Below the pieces are notes generated by a model. The model saw nothing but the letters and a program-made list of their open reading frames with translations. It was not told the origin of the DNA and made no database searches. A DNA stretch of 52,952 nucleotides, filler included, from Sphacelaria rigidula (Eukaryota), in NCBI GenBank assembly GCA_964200075.2. It is 4 parts of 4 records of this genome, joined end to end, with 100 filler letters (N's around TTAATTAATTAA, not from the genome) between each part and the next. Parts side by side here need not be neighbours in the genome. Positions count along the whole stretch, not along the records: positions 13,265 to 26,428 come from CAXNAA020003105.1; 3 more parts are not named here. The stretch is one strand, 5' to 3'. This document shows positions 13,265 to 23,100 of the stretch, piece after piece. The position numbers and the translations under genes are program-made. How positions within the stretch are numbered: position 1 is the first letter of the stretch; every line of letters starts with the position of its first letter.

Positions 13265-13592
13265 CTTGGAAGCCTGCAACTCATCAGCTTCAGCCCCAAC
13301 AAACTCAGCGGCGAGATCCCATCGTGGCTCCGACAGTTCGGGAACTTCCGAGAGCTTCACCTTGGCGTAAACCAGCTCATCGGCGAGATCTTACCGTCGC
13401 TCGGACAGCTTGGGAGTCTGCGAAACTCTACCTATTCTCCAACAAGCTTAGACGAGATCCAATCGTCGCTTGGACAGCTTGGCAGTCTGCAAGAGCTGTC
13501 CCTCTTCTCCAATAAGCTCAGCGGCGGGGTCCCATCGTCGCTCGGACAACTCAAGAGTCTGCAAAAGCGCGGCGATGCAGCGCTCCACTCAG
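13265..13592 (+). pseudogene. Degenerate intronless LRR-coding fragment (~4 plant-specific-type 24-aa LRRs)
   Basis: Reads LGSLQLISFSPNKLSGEIPSWLRQFGNFRELHLGVNQLIGEILPSLGQLGSLR, then frameshifts, and ends ...LSGGVPSSLGQLKSLQK. Confidence 0.8.
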
Positions 13593-14145
13593 GTACGTCG
13601 TCTGCTCGAGCCATCAAGGTCTCTTATGGCAATTGCCTTGCTCCGTCATAAAACGATGCATTGCGAGGAAGCGCGCAACGACCCCACCGAACACCTCACA
13701 AGTGCACAGTTCGTCAGCCTCGAGGAGTATTGACGCAGACCCACGTGGGTTGGCAGTCTTAGCGGGCGCTGCGCACGTGTGAGGTGTTTGATGAGACCGT
13801 GGCGCGCTTCCTCGCAGCGCACCATCCTATAGTGGAGCAAGGCAAGTATCATCAGAGGTTTTGACGGGTTGGGCACACGATGAACCCAGGTGGGGCGCTG
13901 CATCGCCGTGCTTCTGCAAACTCTCGAGCTGTCCGAGCGCCGATGGGATCTTGCCGCCAAGCTTGTCGGAGACAACAGAAAGCTCTCGCGGATCTCAAGC
14001 TGCCCAAGCGCCGATGGGGCCTCGCCGCTGAGCTTGTTTACACAGAGGTGTAGCTCTCTTGGGATCCCAAGCTGTCTGGGTGACGAAAAGAACTCTCCGC
14101 CCGGCTTATTGGAGCCGAAGTTGGCGAGTTGCAGTCTCCCAAGCA
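13265..14145. repeat. Large imperfect palindrome at the start of the LRR array, centred near 13739-13750
   Basis: 13560-13710 is a diverged reverse complement of 13770-13920 (e.g. ACACCTCACAAGTGCACAG versus CTGCGCACGTGTGAGGTGT). There is a perfect 12-bp palindrome ACCCACGTGGGT at 13739-13750, and LRR tracts continue outward on both arms. Confidence 0.85.
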
Positions 14146-17100
14146 CAGCGGCGAGATCCCATCGTCACGCTCAGATACCTTGAGAACCTACAAGAGCTTC
14201 ACCTCGGCGTGAACCAGCCCAGCTTGGGAGTCTGCAACTTCTCAACTTCGGCTTCAACAAGCTGAGCAGCAAAATGTGGCAAACGTCTCGCACACCGCCA
14301 AGCTGTCTGGGCGCCGATGGAATCTCGCCGCTGAGCTGGTTCACCACGAGGTGAAGCTCTCCCAGGCTCCCAGGCTGTCTGACCGAAGATGGAATCTCGC
14401 CGCTGAGCTTGTTGGGGCCGAAGCTGGCAAGTTGCAGTCTCCCGAGGTGAGCGGCGACCGCTTGGGAGTCTGCAACTTGCCAACTTTGGCTCCAACAAGC
14501 TGAGCGGCGCAATTCCATCGTCGCTCGGATATCTTGAGAGCCCACAAAAGTTTCACCTTGGCATAAATCAGCTCAGCTTGGGGGTCTGCCACTTCTAAAC
14601 TTCGGCTCCAACAAGCTGTGCGGCAAAACGTGGCAAAGCTCTCGCACATCGCCAAGCTGTCCAGGCGACGACGAGACCTCGCCGCTGAGCTGGTTCACCC
14701 CGAGGTGAGGTTGTCGGAGGCACCCAAGCGGTCTGAGCGACGATGGGATCTCGCAGCTGAGTCTGTTGGGGCCGAATTTGGCGAGTTGCAGTTTCCCAAG
14801 TTGAGCGGCGACAGCTTGGGAGTCCGCATCTTGCCAACTTCGTATCCAACAAGCTGAGTGGCGAGATCCCATCGTCTCGCTCAAACACCTTGAGAGCACA
14901 CAGGAGCTTCACCTCGGCGTGAACCAGCGAAGCTTGTGAGTCTGCAACTTCAACCTTCGGCTCCAACGAGCAGAGCGACAAAATGCGGCAAAGCTCTCGC
15001 ACACTGCCAAGCTGTCTGGGCGCCGATGGAATATCGCCGCTGAGCTAGTTGACGCCGAGGTGGAGCTCTCCGACGCTCCCAAGCGACGATCGGATCTCGC
15101 CGCTGAGGTTGTTGGGGCCGAAGTTGGCGAGTTATAGTTTCCCAAGCTGAGCGGCGACAGCTCGAGGATCTGCAACTTGCCAACTTCGGCTGCAACAAGC
15201 TAAACGGCGAGATCCCATCGTCTCGCCCAGATACCTTGAGAACCTACAAGAGTTTCACCTCGGCGAGAACCAGCGAAGCTTGGGAGTCTGCAACTTCTCA
15301 CATACGGCTCCAACAAGCTGAGCGGCAAAATGCGGCAAAGCTTCCTCACACAGCCAAGCTGTCCAGGCGACGACGGATCCACGCCGCTGAGCTGGTTCAC
15401 CCCGAGGTGAAGTTGTCGGAGGCACCCAAGCTGTCCGAGCGACGATGGGATCTCGCAGCTGAGCGTGTTCGAACCGAAGTTGGTGAGTTGCAGTCTCCTG
15501 AACTGAGCGGCGACAGCTTGGGAGTCTGCAACTTCTGGCGATATCCCATCGTCGCTCACATATCTCGTGAGTCTAACATAGTGTCACCTCGGAATCAATC
15601 AGCTCAGCTCGGCTCTAACAAGCTGAGCGGCAAAATATGGCAAACGTCTAGCACACCGCCAAGCTGGTTAGACTACGACGGGACCTCGCCACTAAGCTGG
15701 TTCACCCCGAGGTGAGGTTGTCGGAGGCACCCAAGCTGTCTGAGCCACGGTGGGATCTCGCCGCTGAGTCTGTCGGGGCCGAAGTTAACGGGTTGCAGTC
15801 TCCCGAGCTGAGCGGCGACAGCTTGGGAGTCCGCAACTCGCCAACTTCGTATCCAACAAGCTGAGCGGCGCAATCCCATCGTCACGCTCAAACACCTCGA
15901 GAGCACACAGGAGCTTCACCTCGGCGTGAACCAGCGAAGCTTGGGAGTCTGCAACTTTAACCTTCGGCTCCAAGGAGCAGAGCGACAAAATGCGGCAAAG
16001 CTCTCGCACACTGCCAAGCTGTCTGGGCGCCGATGGGATATCGCCGCTGAGCTGGTTCACGCCGACGTGGAACTCTCCGACGTTCCTAAGCGGTCTGAGC
16101 GACGATGGAATCTCGCCGCTGAGGTCGTTGGGGCCGAAGTTGGCGAGTTGCAGTCTCCCGAGCTGAGCGGCGACAGCTCGGGGGTCTGGAACTTGCCAAC
16201 TTCGGCTTCAACAAGCTGAGCGGCGCAATTCCATCGTCTCGCCCAGATACCTTGAGAACCTACAAGAGTTTCACCTCGGCTTGATTCAGCTCGGCTCGGG
16301 AGTTTGCAACTTCTCAACTTCGGCTCCACCAAGCTAAGCGGCAAAATGTGGCAAACGTCTCGCACACCGCCGAGCTGTCCGGGCGCCGATGGGACCTTGC
16401 CGCTGAGCTGGTTGACCCCGAGGTGAAGTTGTCGGAGGCACCCATGCTGTCCGAGCGACGATGAGATCTCGCCGCTGAGCTTGTTGGAGCCGAAGTTGGC
16501 GAGTTGCAGTCTCCCAAGCGGAGCGGCGACAGCTTGGAAGTCTGCAACTTGTCAACTTTGGCTCCAACAAGCTCAGCGGCGAGATACCATCGTCTCGATA
16601 AGACACCTTGAGAGCCTACAAGAGATTCACCTCGGCAAACACCAGCTCAGCTCGGGAGTCTGCAACTCCTCACCCACGGCTCCAACAAGCAGAGTGGCAA
16701 AATGTGGCGAAGCTTTTGCAGATTCCCGAGCCGTCTGTGCGCCGATCGGACCTTACCGCTGAGCTAGTTTACGCCGAGGTGAAGCTCTTGGGGCTCCCAA
16801 GCTGTCTCAGCAACGATGGGATCTCGCCGCTGAGTTTGTTGGGGCCGAGGTTGGCGGGTTGCAGTCTCCCGAAATGGGCGGCGACAGCTCGAGAGTCTGC
16901 AACTTGTCAACTTCGGCTCCATCAAGCTCAGCGGCGAGATCCCATCGCCATTCAGATACCTTGAGAGCCCGCGAGAGTTTTACCTCGGCAAATGCCAGCT
17001 CATCTTGGGGGTCTTCATCTCCCCACCTTTGGCTCAAACAATCTAAGCGGCAAATTGTGATGAAGCTTTTGCAGACTGCCGAGCCGTCTGTGTGCCGATG

Positions 17101-20100
17101 GGATGTCGCCGCTAAGCTGGTTCACGCCGAGGTGAGGTTCTTGCAGGCTTTCAAGCTGTCTGAGCGACGATGGGAGTCTGCAACTTGTCCAATTCGGCTG
17201 CAACACGCTCAGCGGCGAGATCCTATTGTCCCTTAAACATTTTGAGAGCCTACGAGAGTTTCACCTCGGATAAAAACAGCTCAGCTTGGGAGTCTGCAAC
17301 TCCTCAACATCGCCTCCAACAAGCTGAGCGGCGAAATGTGGCTAAGCTCTTGCGGATTCCCGGGCTGTCCAGGCGACGACGGGACCTCGTCGCTGAGCTG
17401 GTGTCCACCGAGGTCAAGCTCTCGGAGGCTCCCAAGCTGTCCATGCGACGATGGGATCTCGCCGCGGAGTTTATTGAAGCCGAAGTTGGCGAGTTGTAGT
17501 TTTCCAACCTCAGCGGCGCGGCTCGGGAGTCTGCAACTGGTCAACATCGGCTCCAACAAGCTGAGCGGCAAGATCTCGCCGTGGCTCAGACACATTGAGA
17601 GGCTACACAAGTAATACCCCGGCGTAAACCAGCTCAGCTTGGGAGTCTGCAACCTGTCAACATCGGCTCAAAAAGCTCAGCGGCATGATGTTGGGGAACT
17701 TTTGCAGACTGCCGAGCTGTCTGTGCGCGGATAGGATCTCGCCGCTGAGCTGGTTGGAGCCCAAGTTGGCGAGTTGCTGTCTCCCAAGCTGAGCGGCGAC
17801 AGCTTCGGAGTCTGAAACGTGTCGAATTTGGCCCCAACAAGCTCAGCGGCTAGATACCATCGTCGCTCAGAAACCTTAAGAGCCAATGAGGCGTCACCTC
17901 GGCGTGAGCCAACTGAGCTTGGAAGTCTGCAACATCTCAACTTCGATCCAACGAGCACCGCGAAAAAACGGGGCGAACCTTTTGCAGACTGCCGAGCTGT
18001 CTGTGCGCCGATGGGATCTCGCCGCTAAGCTCGTTGGAGCCGAAGTTGGCGAGTTACAGTCTCTCAAGCTGAGCGACGACAGCTTGAGAGTATGCAACTT
18101 GTCAACTTTGGCTTCAAGCAGCTCAGCGGCGAGATACCATCGTCGCTCAGATAACTTGAGAGCCTACAAGAACTCCACCGTGGCGTAAACCAGCTCAGCT
18201 TCAGGGTCTGCAACTTCTCAACTTCGGCTCAAACAAGCCATGCTGCATAATGTGACGAAGCTCTTGCAGACTGCCGAGCGGTCCGAGCGAAGGTGGGACC
18301 TTGCCGCTGAGCTGGTTTACCCCGAGGTGAAGCTCCCCGAGGCTCCCAGGCTGTCTGAGCGGCCATGGGATCCCGCCACTGAGTTCGTTGAAGCCGAAGT
18401 TGGCGAGTTGCAGTCTCTCAAGCTGAGCGGCGACAGCTTGGGAGCCTGCAACTTGCGAAATTTGGCTGCAACAAGCTCAGCGGCGGGATACTGTCGTCTC
18501 GTTCAAAAACCTTGAAGGCCCACAAGAGTCCCACCTCGGCAAATACCAGCTCAGCTTGGGAGTCTGCAACTTCTCAACTTCGGCTCCGACAAGGTGAGCA
18601 GGAGAATGTGGCAAACCTCTCGCACACTCCCAAGCTGTCCAAGCGACGACGGGACCTCGCCGCTGAGCTGGTTTACACCGAGGTGAAGCTCTCCGATGCT
18701 ACCAAGCTGTCTGTGCGACGATGGGATCTCGCCGCTGAGTTTGTCAGAGCCGGAGTTGGCGAGTTGCAGTCTCCCAAGCTGAGCGGCGACGGCTTGAGGG
18801 TCTGCAACTTGTCAACTTTGGCTCCAACAAGCTCAGCGGCGAGATACCATCGTCGCTCAGATACCTCGAGAGCCCCCAAGAGCTTCACCTTCGCCAAAAC
18901 CAGCTCAGGTTGGGAGTATGCAACTTCTCACCATCGACTCAAACAAGCTGGACAGCAAAATTTGGCGAAGCTCTTGCAGACTGCCGAGACGTCTAGGCGA
19001 AGATGGGATCTCCACGACGGGTTTGTCGGAGCCGAAGTTGGCGAGTTGAAGTCTCCCAAGCTGAGCGGTGACAGCTTGAGGGTCTGCAACTTATCGACTT
19101 TGGCTCCAACAAACTCAGCGGCGAAGTACCATCGTCGCTTCGAAATCTCGAGAACCTAAAAGAGCTTCACCTCGGCATAAACCAGCTCAGCTTGGGAGTC
19201 TGCAACTCGCCAACTTCGGCTCAAACAAGCTAGAATGCGGAATATGACGAAGCTTTTGCAGACTGCCGAGCCGTCTGGGCGAAGATGGGATCTCGCCGCT
19301 GAGCTCGTTCACCCCGAGGTGAGACTCTCCGAGGCTCCCCAGCTGTCTGTGCGACGATGGGATCCCGCCGCTGAGTTTGTTGGAGCCGAAGTTGGCGAGT
19401 TGCAGTCTCCCAAGCTGAGCGGCGACAGCTTGGGAGCCTGCGACTTATCCAATATTTATGCAACAAGCTCAGCGGCGAGATACTATCGTCTCGTTCAGAG
19501 ACCTTGAGCGCCCACAAGAGTTCCACCTCGGCAAATACCAGCTCACCTTGGGAGTCTGCACCTCGCCAACTTCGGCTCCAACAAGCTGAGCGGAAAAAAT
19601 GTGGCAAAGCTCTTGCGGACTCCCACACTGTCCAAGCGACGACGGGACCTCGCCGGTGAGCTGGTCCAAGCCGAGGTAAAGCTCTTGGAGGCTCCCAAGC
19701 TGTCTGAGCGACGATGGGATTTCGCCGCTGAGTTTGTTGGAGCCGTAGTTGGCGAGTTGCAGTCTCCCAAGCTGAGCGGCGACAGCTTGGGAATCTGCGA
19801 CTCGTGGACATCCGCTCCAACAAGCTGAGCGGCGATATCCCATTGTCGCTCACACACCTTTGAGAGCCTACAAGGGCTTTACCCCGGCGTGAACCACCTC
19901 ACTTCGGGAGTCTGCAACTTCTCAACTTCGGCTCAAACATGCTAGGCTGCAAAATATGGGGAAGCTTTTGCATACTGCCGAGCTGTCTGGGTGGGGATGG
20001 GATCTCGCCGCTGAGCTGGTCGACGCCGAGGTCAAGCTCTCCGAAGCTCCCAAGCTGTCTGAGCGACGATGGAATCTCGCCGCTGAGTTTGTTGGAGCCG

Positions 20101-23100
20101 AAGTTGGCAAGTTGCAGTCTCCCAAACTGAGCGGCGACAGCTTGGAAGTCTGCGACTCGTTAACTTCGGCTCCAACAAGCTGAGCGGCGATATCCCATTG
20201 TCGCTCAGACACCTTGAGAGCCTACAAGGGCTTCACCCCGGCGTGAACCAGCTCAGTTTCGGAGCCTGCTACTTGTCCAATTTGAATGCAACAAGCTCAG
20301 CGGCGAGATCCCATCGTCCCGTTCAGAAACCTCGGGAGTCCGCAACTTGCCAACTTCGGCTCCAACAAGCTGAGCGGTAAAATGTCGCAGAGCTCTTGCG
20401 GACTACCAAAAGCTGTCCAAACGACGACGGGACCTCGCCGCTGAGCTGGTTTGCGAGGAGGTAAAGCTCTCCGAGGCTCCCAACTTGTCTGAGCGACGAT
20501 GGGATCTCGCAGCTCAGTTTGTTGAAGCCGAAGTTGGCGGGTTGTAGTCTACCAAGCTGAGCGGCGACAGCTTGGGAGTCTACGACTCGTCAACTTTGGC
20601 TTCAACAAGCTGAGGGGTGATATCCCATCGTCACTCCGACACCTTGAGAGCCTACAAGGGCTTCACCCCGGCGTGAACCAGCTCAGCTTGGGAGTCTGCA
20701 ACTTCTCAACTTCGGCTCCAACAAGCTGGGCTGCAGAATGTGCCAAAGCTCTTGCAGACTGCCGGGTCGTCTGGGCGGAGATGGGATCTCGCCGCTGAGC
20801 TCTTTCACCCCGGGGTAAAGCTCTTCGAAGCTCCCCAGCTGTCTGTGCAACGATGGGATCCCGCCGCTGAGTTTGTTGGAGCCGAAGTTGGCGAGTTGCA
20901 GTCTCCCAAGCTGAGCGGTAACTGCTCGGGAGCCTGCGACTTGTTCAATATTCATGCGACAAGCTTAGCGGCGAAATTCCATCGTTCCCTCCCGAAACCC
21001 CGAGAGCCCACAAGAGATTCACCTTGGCAAAAACCAGCTCAACTCGGGAGTCTGCAACTCGCCAACTTCGGCTCAAACATGCTCCCACACTGTCCAAGCG
21101 ACAACGGGACCTAGCCGTTGAGCTGGTTTGCGACGAGGTAAAGCTCTCCGAGGCTCCCAAGCTGTCTGAGCGACGATGGGATCTCGCAGCTCAGTTTGTT
21201 GAAGCCGAAGTTGGCGGGTTGTAGTCTCCCAAGCTGAGCGGCGACAGCTTGGGAGTCTACGACTCGTCAACATGGGCTCCAACAAGCTGAGGGGTGATAT
21301 CCCATTGTCACTCAGACACCTTGAGAGCCTACAAGGGCTTTACTCCGGCATGAACCAGCTCAGCTTGGGAGTCTGCAACTTCTCAACTTCGGCTCAAACA
21401 AGCTGGGCTGCAGAATGTGCCAAAGCTTTTGCAGACTGCCGAGCCGTCTGGGCGGAGATGGGATCTCGCCGCTGAGCTGGTTCACCCCGGGGTAAAGCTC
21501 TTCGAAGCTCCCCAGCTGTCTGTGCGACGATGGGATCCCGCCGCTGTGTCTGTTGGAGCCGAAGTTGGCGAGTTGCAGTCTCCCAAGCTGAGCGGCGACA
21601 GCTCGGGAGCCTGCGACTTGTTCAATATTCATGCGACAAGCTTAGCGGCGAAATTCCATCTTTCCCTTCCGAAACCCTGAGAGCCCACAAGAGTTTCACC
21701 TTGGCAAAAACCAGCTCAACTCGGGAGTCTGCACCTCGCCAACTTCGGCTCAAACATGCTCCCACACTGTCCAAGCGACAACAGGACCTCGTCGATGAGC
21801 TGGTTCACGCCGAGATAAAGCTCTCCGAAGCTCCCAAGCTGTCTGAGCGACGATGAGATCTCGCAGCTCAGTTTATTGGAGTCGAACTTGGCGGGTTGCA
21901 GTCTCCCGAGCTGAGCGGCGACAGCTTGGGAGTCTACGACTCGTCAACTTTGGCTCCAACAAGCTGAGGGGCGATATCCCATTGTCGCTCACACACCTCG
22001 AGAGCCCACAAGGGCTTCATCCTAACGTGAACCAGCTCACCTTGGGCGTCTGCAACTTCTCAACTTCGGCTTCAACGAGCTGGGCAGCAAAATGTGGCGA
22101 AGCTCTTGCGGACTCCCGAGCTGTCCAAGCGACGACGGGACCTCGCCGCTGAGCTGGTTCACGCCGAGGTGACGCTCATCGAGGCTCCCCAGCTGTCTGT
22201 GCGACGATGGGATCCCGCCGCTGAGTTTGTTGGAGCCGAAGGTGGCGAGTTGCAGTTTCCCAAGCCAAGCGGCGACAGCTTGGAAGTCTGCGACTCGTCA
22301 ACATCGGCTCCAACAAGCTGAACGGCGATATCCCTTTGTCGCTCAGACACCTTGAGAGCCTACGACGGCTTCACCCCGGCATGAACCAGCTCACCTTGGG
22401 AGTCTGCAACCTGCCAACTTCGGCTCGAACAAGCTGGGCGGCGAAATTTGGCGAAGCTCTTGTAGACTGCCAAGCTATCTGTGCGCCGATGGGATCTTGC
22501 CGCTAAGCTGGTTCAAGCCGAGGTGAAGCTCTCAGAGGCTCCCAAGCTGTCTGAGCGACGACCGGATCTCGCAGCTCAGTTTGTTGAAGCCGAGGTTGGC
22601 GAGTTGCATTCTCCCAAGCTGAGCGGCGACAGCTTGTGAGTCTGCGACTCGTCAACTCCGGCTCCAACAAGCTGAGCGGCGATATCCCATTGTCGCTCAC
22701 ACACCTCGAGAGCCTACAAGGGCTTTACCCCGGCGTGAACCAGCTCAGTTTGGGAGCCTGCGACTTATCCAATATTTATGCAGCAAGCTCAGCGGCGTGA
22801 TCCCATCGTCCCGTTCAGAAACCTCGAGAGCCCACAAGAGGTTCACCTCGACAAATACCAGCTCACCTTGGGAGTCTGCAACTCGCCAACTTCGGCTCCA
22901 ACAAGCTGAGCGGAAATGTGCCAAAGCTCTTGCGGACTCCCACACTGTCCAATCGACGACGGGACCTCGCCGCTGAGCTGGTTTACGCCGAGGTAAAGCT
23001 CTTGGAGGCTCCCAAGCTGTCTGAGCGATGATGGGATCTCGCACCTCAGTTTGTCGGAGCCGAAGTTGGCGAGTTATAGTCTCTCGAGCTGAGCGGCGAC

